The translations under genes were made by a program, and so were the position numbers. Below, piece after piece: positions 45,248-56,357 of a DNA stretch of 64,000 bases. The notes under the pieces are model-generated. The model saw only the letters and a list, made by a program, of their open reading frames with translations, was not told where the DNA came from and made no database searches. Positions within the stretch are counted from its first letter, which is position 1, and each line of letters opens with the position of its first letter. The stretch comes from Candidatus Methylomirabilia bacterium (GTDB lineage: Bacteria > Methylomirabilota > Methylomirabilia > Rokubacteriales > CSP1-6). The stretch spans positions 32,001-96,000 of the forward strand of contig JBHIBG010000002.1 of the NCBI GenBank assembly GCA_046758965.1, written 5' to 3'.

Positions 45248-46513
45248 ATGGGGATGACGATCACCGAGAAGATCCTGGCCGCCCACGCTGACAAGCGGGA
45301 GGTGGAGCCCGGGGAGTTCATCGCCGCGCGACCGGACATGGTCATGGGGAATGATCTCTCCACCGCCGGCGCCATCAGGGTGCTTAAGAACATCGGGGCC
45401 TCCCGGGTCTTCGATCCGGAGCGGATCGCGATCGTCCTCGACCACATCGTCCCCGCCAGGGACATTCAGGCGGCCAACCTGCTCAAGGGCGTACGCGAAT
45501 GGGTGACAACGCAGGGGATCCCCCACTTCTACGACGAAGGGAAGAACGGGATCGCCCACATCATCATTCCCGAGCAGGGCCTGGCAGGGCCGGGTGACCT
45601 GATCATCGGCGGTGACAGCCATAGCTGCACCTACGGCGCGCTGGGCGCCTTCTCGACGGGCGTCGGGCACACCGACCTCGCCGGGGTCCTAGCCCTGGGG
45701 GAGATCTGGCTCAAGGTTCCGGCCTCGATCAAGCTCACCTACCGTGGCCAGCTCGGCCACTGGATCATGGGGAAAGATCTGATTCTCATGACCATCGGCC
45801 GGATCGGGATCGATGGAGCCCTCTACCGGGCCATGGAGTTGAGCGGGCCGGTCATGAGCCAGCTCGGCATGTCCGAGCGCCTGACCATGTGCAACATGGC
45901 CATAGAGGCCGGGGCGAAGTCGGCGATTATCCCCCCGGACGAGGTGACGCTCGAGTACGTGAGAGGGCGAGCCAGACGGCCGTGGACCATATATCAGTCG
46001 GATCCTGACGCCGCCTACGCCGCCGAGTACGAATTCGACAGCAGTCGGCTTCGCCCCCAGGTGGCCAAGCCGTTCTCGCCGGACAATGTGGTGCCGGTGG
46101 ACGAGGTGGCGGGAACGACGCTCGATCAGGTCTTCATCGGCTCCTGCACCAACGCCAAGCTCGAGGATCTCCGGATTGCGGCCGAGCTCCTTCGCGGCAA
46201 GAAGGCGCACCCGTACACCCGCCTGATCGTGATCCCCGCCAGCACCTGGATCTGGAACCAGGCCCTCAAGGAAGGGCTGATGGAGATCTTCGCGGAGGCC
46301 GGCGCCGCCATCTCGGCTCCCACCTGCGGGGCGTGCTTCGGGGGGCACATGGGCGTGCTCGGCGACAACGAGGTCTGCCTCTCCACCTCGAACCGGAATT
46401 TCGTCGGCCGCATGGGCGCGCCCACGGCGAAGGTCTACCTCGCCAACCCGGCGGTCGCCGCCGCCAGCGCTCTCAAGGGCGTCATCGCCTCCCCTGAGGA
46501 AGTGGTTGGCTAA
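45248..46513 (+). CDS. leuC: 3-isopropylmalate/citramalate dehydratase large subunit
   Basis: DSHSCTYG, CNMAIE, GSCTN, CGACFG, STSNRNF. Confidence 0.9.
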   Translation: MGMTITEKILAAHADKREVEPGEFIAARPDMVMGNDLSTAGAIRVLKNIGASRVFDPERIAIVLDHIVPARDIQAANLLKGVREWVTTQGIPHFYDEGKNGIAHIIIPEQGLAGPGDLIIGGDSHSCTYGALGAFSTGVGHTDLAGVLALGEIWLKVPASIKLTYRGQLGHWIMGKDLILMTIGRIGIDGALYRAMELSGPVMSQLGMSERLTMCNMAIEAGAKSAIIPPDEVTLEYVRGRARRPWTIYQSDPDAAYAAEYEFDSSRLRPQVAKPFSPDNVVPVDEVAGTTLDQVFIGSCTNAKLEDLRIAAELLRGKKAHPYTRLIVIPASTWIWNQALKEGLMEIFAEAGAAISAPTCGACFGGHMGVLGDNEVCLSTSNRNFVGRMGAPTAKVYLANPAVAAASALKGVIASPEEVVG

Positions 46514-46577
46514 GTACGAAGAGGGAGAGGATTAAAGGTGAGGGGGTGGTAGGTGAACCATGCGAGAGGCGAGGGCG

Positions 46578-47072
46578 ATGATTCGCGGCAAGGTGTGGAG
46601 GTTCGGAGATGACGTGAACACCGAGGTCATCATGCCAGGGAAATACCTGGCCATGCGGGATCCTGCGCAGGTGGCCTCTCATGTCATGGAAGGGCTCGAC
46701 CCCGAATTCAGCCAGAAGGCCAAGCCAGGGGATCTGATCGTGGCCGGCAAGAACTTCGGCTGCGGTTCCTCGCGGGAGACCGCCCCGGGTGGCCTCGAGG
46801 CCTTCGGCATCGGGGCCATCATCGCCGTCTCCTTTTCCCGGATCTTTCTCCGCAACTCCATGAACATCGGGCTCCCCCTTCTCGAGTGCCCGTCGGCGGC
46901 CGAGGAGATCAAGGAAGGCCATGTCATGGCCGTGGAGATCGCCGCGGGCCGGATCATTGACGAGACCACGGGTCGGACCTACCAGGCCACTCCCTTCCCG
47001 CCGTTCCTTCAGGAGCTGATGGCGGCCGGCGGCCTCGTGCCCTACGTCCGTAAGAGGCTGGGCCTGACCTAA
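46578..47072 (+). CDS. leuD: 3-isopropylmalate/citramalate dehydratase small subunit
   Basis: FGDDVNT, NFGCGSSRE, FSRIFLRN. Confidence 0.9.
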   Translation: MIRGKVWRFGDDVNTEVIMPGKYLAMRDPAQVASHVMEGLDPEFSQKAKPGDLIVAGKNFGCGSSRETAPGGLEAFGIGAIIAVSFSRIFLRNSMNIGLPLLECPSAAEEIKEGHVMAVEIAAGRIIDETTGRTYQATPFPPFLQELMAAGGLVPYVRKRLGLT

Positions 47073-47197
47073 CCTCCTCTGGGTCGCGCGGCATCGGGCC
47101 CTCGCCCAATTCTGTCCCCCGGCTCCGCCGTTCAATTGACAGGGGGAGGCTTCTGCCCCATCATGGGGCGCACCCATAATCGAGGTTGGAGGATCCC

Positions 47198-48778
47198 ATG
47201 AAGCGGCTCATCAAGGTCTACGACACCACGCTCCGAGACGGCACCCAGGGGGAAGGCGTCGCCTTCGCCATGGAGGACAAGGTCCGCATCGCCCAGCGAT
47301 TGGACGCCCTCGGCATCCACTACATCGAAGGAGGCTGGCCGGGGTCGAACCCCAAGGACATGCGGTTTTTCCGACGCATCCAGGACATCTCCCTCAAGCA
47401 AGCCAAGATCGCCGCCTTCGGGGCGACGAGGCGGGCCGGCGTGAGCGCCGAGCAGGACGCCAACCTCCACGCCTTGATCGAGGCCCGCACGCCCGTCGCC
47501 ACCATCTTCGGCAAGTCCTGGGATTTCCACGTGACCTCGGCGCTCGGGACCACGCTGCCCGAGAACCTGACCATGATCGCTGACTCGGTGGCCTTCCTTC
47601 TCCCCCACTTCGAGGAGGTGATCTACGACGCCGAGCACTTCTTTGACGGCTTCCGAGCCAACCGCGAGTACGCGCTTCACACCCTGAAGGCCGCCCAGGC
47701 CGGCGGCGCTCACTGTCTGGTGCTCTGCGACACCAACGGCGGGACCCTGCCCCACGACCTGGTGGAGATCATCCGAGCGGTCAAGCAGCAGATCAGCGCG
47801 CCGCTCGGGATTCACGTCCACAACGACGCCGAGTGCGCGGTCGCCAACTCCCTGGCGGCCGTCAGCGAGGGCGCCAATCACGTGCAGGGCACCATCAACG
47901 GCTTCGGAGAGCGGTGCGGGAACGCCAACCTGGTCTCCATCATTCCGAACCTGATGCTCAAGATGAACCTGGCGTGCCTGCCCGAGGGGAACGTGCGGGA
48001 GCTCCGCGACCTCTCGCGCTTCGTCACGGAGCTGGCCAACTGCAAGCCGTGGCAGCAGCAGCCCTACGTGGGCGACTCGGCGTTCGCTCACAAGGGCGGC
48101 ATGCATGTCTCCGCGGTCCTGAAGCATCCGGAGACCTACGAGCACATCAACCCGGAGCTGGTGGGTAACCGCCGTCGGGTCCTCGTCTCCGAGCTGGCCG
48201 GCAAGGCCAACATCCTCTGGAAGGCGCGCGAGTACGGGCTGGACCTTGACAAGGACACGCCGGAGACGCGGCGGATTCTCGACGCCCTCAAGCAGCTCGA
48301 GGACGAGGGCTACCAGTTCGAGGGGGCGGAGGCCTCCTTCGAGCTGCTGATGGAGCGGGCCCTCGGGCACCACCGCCCCTACTTCAACCTGGACGGGTTC
48401 CGCGTGGTGGTGGAGAAGCGGGGAGAGGGGCACGAGCTCGCTGAGGCGACCGTGAAGCTCCAGGTGAAGGGGATCGCCGAGCACACCGCCGCCGAGGGGA
48501 ACGGCCCCGTGAACGCCCTCGACCACGCCCTCCGCAAGGCCCTCGAGGAGTTCTACCCGAACCTCAAGACCATGCAGCTCCTTGACTACAAGGTTCGCAT
48601 CCTGGATGAAGCCTCGGGGACAGGGGCCAAGACGCGAGTGCTCATCACCTCGGGAGACGAGGAGGCCTCGTGGGGGACGGTCGGGGTCTCCCACAACATC
48701 ATCGAAGCCTCCTGGCAGGCCCTGGTGGACTCCATCGAGTACAAGCTCCGCCAGGACGAGCGGCAGGGCAGCCGGTAG
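47198..48778 (+). CDS. cimA: Citramalate synthase
   Basis: [54 protein letters not shown]. Confidence 0.9.
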   Translation: MKRLIKVYDTTLRDGTQGEGVAFAMEDKVRIAQRLDALGIHYIEGGWPGSNPKDMRFFRRIQDISLKQAKIAAFGATRRAGVSAEQDANLHALIEARTPVATIFGKSWDFHVTSALGTTLPENLTMIADSVAFLLPHFEEVIYDAEHFFDGFRANREYALHTLKAAQAGGAHCLVLCDTNGGTLPHDLVEIIRAVKQQISAPLGIHVHNDAECAVANSLAAVSEGANHVQGTINGFGERCGNANLVSIIPNLMLKMNLACLPEGNVRELRDLSRFVTELANCKPWQQQPYVGDSAFAHKGGMHVSAVLKHPETYEHINPELVGNRRRVLVSELAGKANILWKAREYGLDLDKDTPETRRILDALKQLEDEGYQFEGAEASFELLMERALGHHRPYFNLDGFRVVVEKRGEGHELAEATVKLQVKGIAEHTAAEGNGPVNALDHALRKALEEFYPNLKTMQLLDYKVRILDEASGTGAKTRVLITSGDEEASWGTVGVSHNIIEASWQALVDSIEYKLRQDERQGSR

Positions 48779-48843
48779 GGGACTCGCCGACTTCGCGAGA
48801 GCGACGAAGAACCTTCCCCGGTTCCGCTTCGGAGCCCGTCAGC

Positions 48844-49305
48844 TCACGTCCCCTTGGATTTGCGCCAGGCGCGGATCTGGTCCCCGTGCTCCTTGTAGTG
48901 GTGGGCGCTGTTCAGGTCCGTGATCCGGTGCGCGGTCTTGCCGGGGACGAATCGCTCCTCCGGCACCTTCGCCGCCTGAGCCATGAAGTACTCGTGCGTG
49001 GCATTCAGATCCCCGAGCACCTCGGACACGGGGGCATGCTTCCTGGCGCCGACGAACCTGACATTCCAGGCATCCGGGTCTTCGTAGTTCGCGCCTTCGG
49101 GAAACGGCCTCTCACCGCGCGCCATCCGCTCGAGGGCCGGGCCCAGCTCGCGGTGCCATGCCGAGATGTGGACCACGATCTCCCTGATGCTCCAGGTGCC
49201 GAGCCACACCTCGGTCAGAGCCGCTTCGTCGAGGCCCTCGATCGCCTTTTTGAAGGCCCTGAACTCCTCCTGCGCCTGGCTGAGCAAGCTCTCCTTCGTT
49301 GACAT
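48844..49305 (-). CDS. DinB-like / ClbS-DfsB four-helix bundle protein
   Basis: WSIREIVVHI..W and HY.EH motifs. Confidence 0.8.
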   Translation of the reverse strand: MSTKESLLSQAQEEFRAFKKAIEGLDEAALTEVWLGTWSIREIVVHISAWHRELGPALERMARGERPFPEGANYEDPDAWNVRFVGARKHAPVSEVLGDLNATHEYFMAQAAKVPEERFVPGKTAHRITDLNSAHHYKEHGDQIRAWRKSKGT

Positions 49306-49317
49306 GGTTCTCCTCCC

Positions 49318-50151
49318 TTACGATCGGAGAAACTGGCGGATGATCCGCCGGGTCTTGTCGTGTTTCCCGAGAAGGACCGTATAGTGGTTTGTGCCGGGGA
49401 TCACCACCAGCCTGGAGGTGGGGATGGCGTGAGCCATGGCCTCGCCCTCCTCCTGGGTCATGAGGCAGTCCGTGGCAGTGAGAAGGCCGTCGGGGGCGCG
49501 GAGGATCAGCGTGGGGCAGTTCACCTTGTGGTGCCACACCCAGAGCCGCTCGCGGAGCAGGTTGGCGATCTCCTCCTCGATGGCGTGCTTGGCGACCTTG
49601 GAGCGGACCCCGCCGCTCGGCGTCGTCTCCACATCGTAGGTGAAGTACCGGGTCAGGGAGTCGCTCCAGCGGCCCTGGAACATCGGAAGCCCCTGGAGCA
49701 TCTGGAGGAAGCCCTCGAGGGACGGGAACTCCATCCCGACCCGGCTGATGGCCGGGGCGAGCGAGTCTCTGATTTCAGCCCGGATATCGAGCCCCCCATC
49801 TACGAGGATCAGCTTCGAGATGCGCCGGGGGTAGTGAGTGGCGAAGTAGAGGCCGATGTTGGCCCCGAGGGAGTGCCCCATGATCACGGCCTTTTTCTGG
49901 CCGAAGTGGTCCAGCAGCCCGCGCAGCTCCTCGGCATGGATCTGCAAGCTGTAGCCTTTGTCGGGCTTGTCGCTCTCGCCGCGCCCCCGGAGGTCGTAGG
50001 CGATGACCCGAGAGTCCGGCGCGAGGAAGTCAGCGAAGTCGTACCAGGAGGTGTGGTTGGCGGTCAATCCGTGGACGCAGAAGATGGCAGGCCCCTTGCC
50101 GGGCCACTCGTGAACTGTCAGGGCAACGCCATTGACTGTCACTCGTGTCAC
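49318..50151 (-). CDS. Alpha/beta fold hydrolase
   Basis: HG, DLRGRG, GHSLG, NHY. Confidence 0.9.
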   Translation of the reverse strand: MTRVTVNGVALTVHEWPGKGPAIFCVHGLTANHTSWYDFADFLAPDSRVIAYDLRGRGESDKPDKGYSLQIHAEELRGLLDHFGQKKAVIMGHSLGANIGLYFATHYPRRISKLILVDGGLDIRAEIRDSLAPAISRVGMEFPSLEGFLQMLQGLPMFQGRWSDSLTRYFTYDVETTPSGGVRSKVAKHAIEEEIANLLRERLWVWHHKVNCPTLILRAPDGLLTATDCLMTQEEGEAMAHAIPTSRLVVIPGTNHYTVLLGKHDKTRRIIRQFLRS

Positions 50152-50221
50152 GGGAACCTCCTCGATGAAAATGTCGGGCCCTTATTGTAGCCTAATCTCC
50201 CCGGTATAGGAGGCCTGCGTC

Positions 50222-50893
50222 ATGCGCCCCCGTTTCCTCCGCCGCTGGCCCCGCACCGTCGCTGACGCCCGCGCCCTTCAGGAGCGGCTTCGCTCCCGGG
50301 TGCAGCTCACGGGCGGGCCCAGGCGGGTCAGGTTGATTGCCGGCGCTGACCTCGCCTACCGCGGCGATGGCCGGCAAGCCTGGGCTGCGGTGGTGCTCGT
50401 GGAGTTTCCCGAAGGCCGGCTGGTGGAGTCCGCCACGGCGACAGGACCACCGCCGTTCCCTTATGTTCCGGGCTATCTCAGCTTCCGCGAGGGGCCGCTC
50501 CTCCTCGTCGCCTTCAGGCGTCTTCAGAGGCGCCCTGATCTCTGCCTCTTTGACGGACAGGGTTTAGCGCACCCTCGGCGGTTCGGGCTCGCCTGCCATC
50601 TGGGAGTGGTCCTCGGCCTCCCGAGCGTGGGCTGCGCCAAGTCGCTCCTGGTGGGCGAGTGCCGCGAGCCAGGGCCGAAGCGGGGTGACTGGAGCCGGCT
50701 CACTCTGGACGGCAACCCGGTCGGCGCAGCGCTCAGAACCCGTGAGGGCGTCAAGCCGATCTTCGTCTCTCCGGGGCATCGAACCACTATCCGTCAGGCG
50801 GTCAAGTGGGTCCTGGCTGTCTCGCGCTTTCGAGTGCCTGAGCCCATTCGCCTCGCCGAGCAGCTCGTCAACCACCTCAGGGGGGGTTCGTGA
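50222..50893 (+). CDS. nfi: Endonuclease V
   Basis: GAD, FPYVPGYLSFRE, DGQG.AHPRRFG, SPGH, PEP. Confidence 0.95.
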   Translation: MRPRFLRRWPRTVADARALQERLRSRVQLTGGPRRVRLIAGADLAYRGDGRQAWAAVVLVEFPEGRLVESATATGPPPFPYVPGYLSFREGPLLLVAFRRLQRRPDLCLFDGQGLAHPRRFGLACHLGVVLGLPSVGCAKSLLVGECREPGPKRGDWSRLTLDGNPVGAALRTREGVKPIFVSPGHRTTIRQAVKWVLAVSRFRVPEPIRLAEQLVNHLRGGS

Positions 50894-50894
50894 C

Positions 50895-51659
50895 ATGCCC
50901 ACGCTCTCGGTGAACGGAATCCCGATCAACTACACGCTGACCGGCGCTGGCCCCTACACCCTCTGCCTGGTCCACGGCTCTGGCGGCAGCGCCGGGGTCT
51001 GGATCCGCCAGCTCGAAGGGCTCGCAGATTCCGCCCGGGTCATCGCGCTGGACTTGCCCGGGCACGGCGAATCCGGGGGCCAGGGCTCCCGCGAGATCGA
51101 GCCCTACGCAGCGATCGTGCGCGGGTTCATCGAGGGAATGAAGCTCTCGAAGGTTATCCTCGGCGGTCACTCGATGGGCGGGGCGGTGGCCCAGGCCGTC
51201 GCCCTCACCCATCCTGAGCTGCTGGCCGGGCTCGTGCTGGTAGGGACCGGGACGCGGCTCCGCGTCCTGCCCAAGATCTTCGAGCTGCTCGAGCGCGACT
51301 ACCCGGAGGGGGTGCGCTTCGTCATCAGCCTCGCTGTCTCGCCCGGAGCTCCACCCGAGCTGGTCGAATCACTCGCCCGCCAGACGCTCAGGACCCCTCA
51401 GGCGGTGCTGGTCGGGGACCTCCGGGCGTGCGATCGCTTCGACGTGATGGCGCGGACAGGCGAGATGCGACTTCCGACGCTGATCATCTGCGGGAGCGAA
51501 GACCGGCTCACCCCGCCCAAGTACGCCCGCTACTTCCGAGAGCGGATCGCGAGGAGCCGTCTCGCCCTGATCCCCGAGGCCGGGCACTATGTTCAGCTCG
51601 AGCGCCCGGAGGCAACCACCGCGGCCATCAGCGAGTTCCTGGCCTCGCCCCCCTCGTAG
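50895..51659 (+). CDS. Alpha/beta fold hydrolase
   Basis: HGSGG, DLPGHG, GHSMGG, AGH. Confidence 0.9.
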   Translation: MPTLSVNGIPINYTLTGAGPYTLCLVHGSGGSAGVWIRQLEGLADSARVIALDLPGHGESGGQGSREIEPYAAIVRGFIEGMKLSKVILGGHSMGGAVAQAVALTHPELLAGLVLVGTGTRLRVLPKIFELLERDYPEGVRFVISLAVSPGAPPELVESLARQTLRTPQAVLVGDLRACDRFDVMARTGEMRLPTLIICGSEDRLTPPKYARYFRERIARSRLALIPEAGHYVQLERPEATTAAISEFLASPPS

Positions 51660-51729
51660 GCCGTCACGTCGCTCACTCCAGCCCCGCCTTGCGCAGGGCG
51701 TCAAGCTTGCGCTCCAAGAGCGCTGGATC

Positions 51730-51807
51730 TTTGAAATGGAGATGCGGCTCTGGTTGGACCAGGCCGAGGCCGAGCTGAAGGGTTTGCACAGGGCGACCGG
51801 CACGTAG
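51730..51807 (+). pseudogene. Remnant of the extreme C-terminus of a cyclase-AAA-TPR gene
   Basis: EMEMRLWLDQAEAELK matches the ends of both intact paralogs (EMDMGFWLEQAERELN; EMDMRFWLERVEA). Confidence 0.7.
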
Positions 51808-51906
51808 ATAATGCCCCTGCGAGTGGGCCAATAAACCTCACGACGACGCAGGATGGACGAGACTCCCAAACCCGTTCCTCCAAATCAAGCAAAGGAGGAA
51901 GTTCTC

Positions 51907-52773
51907 ATGATGCGACCCGCACACAAGCTATCCATCGCCCGCTGGCTATCGGGACTCACGGCCGTCCTGGCTTCCGCCGCGATCGTCGTGCTGGCCGGGG
52001 CGTCCGCTGCCGAGATGTCTGGCAACACCAAGGTGACCTGGTACGGCCACGCCGCCTTCAAGATCGAGACACCCTCCGGTGGGGTGATTCTCATCGACCC
52101 GTGGATCAAGAATCCGAAAAACCCGGACAAGGCCGCTATCTCCAAGCTGACCAAGGTGGACTACATCCTGCTCACCCATGCCCATTTCGATCACGTGGGG
52201 CAGACGGTGCAGATCGCCAAGGCCACGGGCGCCAAGATGGTGTCCTCCTTCGGGCTTGGCCGCAACCTGGTCGCCATCCATGGCTTTCCCAAAGCCCAGG
52301 CAGGCTTCGATACCATGGGCAACGTGGGAGGGCTGATAAGGCTGCCCAGGGCAGGCGCCCAGGTGACGATCGTGAACGCCGTGCACGGCTCCGAAGTGGG
52401 CCTGCCCAAACCGGAACCGGGCGGTCCCACCGTGGTGATCGGCGGGAACCCTGTGGGGTTCGTGCTGGAAGTGGACAACGGTCCCACCTTCTATCACACG
52501 GGGGACACTGACGTCTTCACGGACATGAAGCTGGTCGGTGACCTGTTCACGGTAGACGTGATGCTGTCCGCCATCGGGGACCACTTCACGATGGGCCCCA
52601 GGCGTGCCGCAGTGGCCGTGGAGTTCGTCAAGCCGAAGATCGTGGTGCCCATACACTTCGGTACCTTCCCGGTGCTCACGGGCACGCCCGCCGCCTTCCA
52701 GGCGGAGATCAAAAAGCGCGGGCTCAGCACCGAGATGGTGGAGATGAAGCCCGGCGAAACCCGCGCCTTCTGA
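51907..52773 (+). CDS. Exported metallo-beta-lactamase-fold hydrolase (UPF0173-like)
   Basis: Signal peptide; WYGHAAF, IDPW, THAHFDH, HTGDT, PIHFGTFP. Confidence 0.9.
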   Translation: MMRPAHKLSIARWLSGLTAVLASAAIVVLAGASAAEMSGNTKVTWYGHAAFKIETPSGGVILIDPWIKNPKNPDKAAISKLTKVDYILLTHAHFDHVGQTVQIAKATGAKMVSSFGLGRNLVAIHGFPKAQAGFDTMGNVGGLIRLPRAGAQVTIVNAVHGSEVGLPKPEPGGPTVVIGGNPVGFVLEVDNGPTFYHTGDTDVFTDMKLVGDLFTVDVMLSAIGDHFTMGPRRAAVAVEFVKPKIVVPIHFGTFPVLTGTPAAFQAEIKKRGLSTEMVEMKPGETRAF

Positions 52774-52955
52774 CGGCCCCGACTCGCCACGTGGAAATAG
52801 GAGGGGGCTGCTACCGTGATGGTAGGCGCCCTCCCCTTGTCCTGCTTTCCAGGAATTTTTTGTCGGTTCATCCCAGCCTTGACCCCTCCCAGCCCTGGGG
52901 CTAAGCTTGGCGCACCGTTTCCCATTGACTGGCCCGGCAAGTTGGAGGCCTCGGT

Positions 52956-55900
52956 ATGAAGTGTCCCCGGTGCGAGGCCCAGAATCCCGCTGACGCCGTC
53001 TTCTGCGAGGAGTGCGGGTCTCGGCTCGAAGCTGCCTGCCCCAGTTGCGGTGAGGCGAATCGGCTCGCTGCGAAGTTTTGCAAGAAGTGCGGCCAACCAC
53101 TGGCCCAGGCTGGCGCGGCAGGCCCGATAGCCGCCCCGAAGTTCGGCTCCCCCGAAACCTACACCCCCAAGCACCTCGCTGAAAAGATCCTCACCTCCAA
53201 GAGCGTGCTGGAAGGGGAGCGCAAGCAGGTCACGGTCCTGCTCGCCGATCTGAAGGGGTCGATGGAGCTCCTTGCGGACCGCGACCCTGAAGAGGCGCGA
53301 AAGCTCCTGGACCCGGTCCTTGAGCGGATGATGGAGGCGGTCCACCGCTACGAGGGGACCGTGAACCAGGTCATGGGCGACGGGATCATGGCCCTGTTCG
53401 GTGCGCCGCTGGCCCATGAGGACCACGCGGTGCGGGCCTGTTACGCCGCTCTCGCCATGCAGGAGGCCATCCGCCGCTACACCGAGGAGCTCCGCCGCGC
53501 CCAGGGGATCGAAGTGCAGATCAGGGTCGGCCTCAACTCAGGGGAAGTCGTTGTCCGGTCCATCGGCAATGACCTCCACATGGACTACACCGCCGTGGGC
53601 CAGACCACGCACCTGGCAGCCAGGATGGAACAGCTCGCCAGACCCGGAAGCATCCGGCTGACAGCCGAGACCCTCCGGCTGGCGGAGGGATTTGTCCAGG
53701 TCACACCTCTGGGCCCGGTCCCGGTCAAAGGACTTGAGGTGCCGATCGAGGTCTACGAGATCATCGGAGCAGGGCCTGTGCGGAGGCGACTGGAGGCCGC
53801 CGCGGTTCGCGGGCTCACACGCTTCGTCGGGCGCGATGCTGAACTCGACCAGCTCCGCCAGGCCCTGGAGTGGGTGGCCCAGGGCCACGGCCAGGTTGTC
53901 GCGGTCGTGGGAGAACCGGGCGTCGGCAAATCGCGCCTCTTCTACGAGTTTACGCATTCGCATCGAATGCGCGGCTGGCTCGTCCTCGAAAGCGGCTCGG
54001 TCTCCTACGGCAAGGCCACCGCCTATCTTCCGGTCATGGATCTCCTTAGGGCCTACTTCACCATCGAGTCCCGCGATGACGCGCGGAAGATCCGCGAGAA
54101 GGTCAGCGGCAAGCTGCTCACCTTAGATGAAGCGCTGACGCCGACGCTGGCCGTTTTCCTCGCGCTCCTGGACGTGCCGGTCGAGGACCCGCAGTGGCAG
54201 GCCCTCGATCCGCCGCAGCGGCGCCGGCGGACCCTGGACGCCGTCAAGCGCCTCCTGCTCCGCGAGAGCCAGGTCCAGCCCCTCTGCCTGGTCTTCGAGG
54301 ATCTCCACTGGATCGACTCCGAGACCCAGGTGGTCCTGGACAGCCTGATCGAAAGCCTCCCCACCGCCCGCATCCTGCTCCTCGCCAACTACCGCCCCGA
54401 GTACCAGCACGGCTGGGGAAGCAAGACCTACTACAGCCAGCTGCGGCTCGATCCGCTCCCGCCCGAGAGCTGCGAGGAACTGCTTCAAGCCCTCCTCGGA
54501 GGCGATGCGAGTCTTCAGCCGTTCAGGCAGCTCCTGATCGAGCGCACCGAGGGGAACCCCTTCTTCCTGGAGGAGAGCGTCAGGACCCTGGTCGAGACCC
54601 AGGTTCTCCTCGGCGAGCGCGGAGCCTATCGCCTGGCGAAGGCCCTTCCGAGCATTCAGGTGCCGGCCACGGTGCAGGCGGTCCTCGCCGCCCGGATCGA
54701 CCGGCTGCCACCCGAGGAAAAGCGCCTTCTCCAGTCAGCCTCCGTCATCGGCAAGGATTTACCGTTCCCCCTCCTCCAGGCCATCGCCGACCTGTCTGAA
54801 GAGGCGCTCGGCCAGGGTCTGAGCCACCTCCAGGCCGCGGAGTTGCTCTACGAGACGAGCCTCTTCCCCCACATCGAATACACCTTCAAGCACGCCCTCA
54901 CCCATGAGGTGGCCTACGGGAGCCTCCTCCAGGAGCAGCGTCGCACCCTCCATACCCGGATCACGGAGGCCATCGAACTGCTCTATCCCGGCCGGCTGGT
55001 TGAACAAGTCGACTGGCTCGCCCACCACGCCCTGCGCGGCGAGGTGTGGGACAAGGCAATGAGCTACCTCCGTCAGGCGGGAGCCAAGGCCTTGGCGCGG
55101 TCCGCCAACCGGGAGTCAGCAACCTGCTTCGAGCAGGCCCTGGGAGTGCTCAAGCATCTCCCGGAGGGTCGCGACACCACCGAGCAGGGAATCGATCTCC
55201 GCTTCGCGCTTCGCAATGCGCTCTGGCCGCTCGGGGAACTCGGACGGATCCTCGACTACCTTCGAGAGGCCGAAACCCTCGCCGAGGCCCTGGACGATCA
55301 ACGCCGGCTGGGGCGGGTTTCCTCCTATGTGACTCAATATTTCTGGATGACAGGCGAGCCTCATCGAGCCCTTGAGTCGGGCCAACGTGCCCTCGCCATC
55401 GCCGCCAACCTCGGAGATTTCGCCCTCCAGGTCGAGACGAACCTCCGCCTGGGCCAGGCCTACCATGCCTTAGGTGACTATCGTCGGGCGGCGGACGTCC
55501 TCAGGAAGAACGTGGAGTCCCTTGAAGGCGATTTGGTCTATGAGCGCTTCGGCATGCCCGGCGTCCTGTCCGTCACATCCCGTTGCGTGCTGGTCTGGTG
55601 CCTTGCCGAGCTGGGAGAGTTTTCCGAAGGGGTCACCCGTGGCGAAGAAGGGGTCCGGATTGCCGAGGCGGTTGATCAACCGTACAGCCTCGTCGTTGCC
55701 TATTTCGGTGCCGGCCTTCCGCGCCTGCACAAAGGCCAACTCCAACAGGCTGTCGCTGTGCTTGAACGTGGCCTGTCCCTTTGCGAGGTTGCGAACATCT
55801 CGCTGTGGTTTCCCAGAGTCGCCTCGGCCTTGGGCTCTGCGTATGCCCTTTCAGGGCGGATCGCCGAAGCCCTGTCTCTTCTTGAGCAGGCGGTCGAGAA

Positions 55901-56333
55901 GGCTGCGTCCATGAGAATAATGGCCTGGCACTCACTCCTGGTGGCCTGGTTGAGCGAGGCATGTCTGCTGGCCGGTCGAGTGGATGAGGCCATTCGACTC
56001 GCCGGGCGGGCCGTTGATCTCTCCCGTGATGACAAGGCACCGGGCTCCCAGGCGTGGGCCCTCCGGCTCCTCGGTGAGATCGCTTCGCACCGTGATCCTG
56101 CCGAGGTGGAAAAGACGGAAGACTATTACCGCCAGGCCATGGCCCTGGCCGACGAACTCGGCATGCGCCCGCTTCTGGCCCGCTGCCGCCTGGGCCTCGG
56201 CAAGCTGTACCGGCGCGCAGGGAACCGCCTGAAGGCTCAGGAGCACTTGACCAGCGCAACCGGGATGCTCCGCGAGATGGACATGGGCTTCTGGCTGGAG
56301 CAGGCGGAGCGAGAACTGAACGACCTGCCGTGA
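52956..56333 (+). CDS. Double zinc ribbon - class III nucleotide cyclase - AAA ATPase - TPR protein (paralog of 9944-13102)
   Basis: Same architecture, with long near-identical stretches in the cyclase and ATPase domains. Confidence 0.92.
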   Translation: MKCPRCEAQNPADAVFCEECGSRLEAACPSCGEANRLAAKFCKKCGQPLAQAGAAGPIAAPKFGSPETYTPKHLAEKILTSKSVLEGERKQVTVLLADLKGSMELLADRDPEEARKLLDPVLERMMEAVHRYEGTVNQVMGDGIMALFGAPLAHEDHAVRACYAALAMQEAIRRYTEELRRAQGIEVQIRVGLNSGEVVVRSIGNDLHMDYTAVGQTTHLAARMEQLARPGSIRLTAETLRLAEGFVQVTPLGPVPVKGLEVPIEVYEIIGAGPVRRRLEAAAVRGLTRFVGRDAELDQLRQALEWVAQGHGQVVAVVGEPGVGKSRLFYEFTHSHRMRGWLVLESGSVSYGKATAYLPVMDLLRAYFTIESRDDARKIREKVSGKLLTLDEALTPTLAVFLALLDVPVEDPQWQALDPPQRRRRTLDAVKRLLLRESQVQPLCLVFEDLHWIDSETQVVLDSLIESLPTARILLLANYRPEYQHGWGSKTYYSQLRLDPLPPESCEELLQALLGGDASLQPFRQLLIERTEGNPFFLEESVRTLVETQVLLGERGAYRLAKALPSIQVPATVQAVLAARIDRLPPEEKRLLQSASVIGKDLPFPLLQAIADLSEEALGQGLSHLQAAELLYETSLFPHIEYTFKHALTHEVAYGSLLQEQRRTLHTRITEAIELLYPGRLVEQVDWLAHHALRGEVWDKAMSYLRQAGAKALARSANRESATCFEQALGVLKHLPEGRDTTEQGIDLRFALRNALWPLGELGRILDYLREAETLAEALDDQRRLGRVSSYVTQYFWMTGEPHRALESGQRALAIAANLGDFALQVETNLRLGQAYHALGDYRRAADVLRKNVESLEGDLVYERFGMPGVLSVTSRCVLVWCLAELGEFSEGVTRGEEGVRIAEAVDQPYSLVVAYFGAGLPRLHKGQLQQAVAVLERGLSLCEVANISLWFPRVASALGSAYALSGRIAEALSLLEQAVEKAASMRIMAWHSLLVAWLSEACLLAGRVDEAIRLAGRAVDLSRDDKAPGSQAWALRLLGEIASHRDPAEVEKTEDYYRQAMALADELGMRPLLARCRLGLGKLYRRAGNRLKAQEHLTSATGMLREMDMGFWLEQAERELNDLP

Positions 56334-56357
56334 AGGTGAGTTAGAATAAGGCGCACC

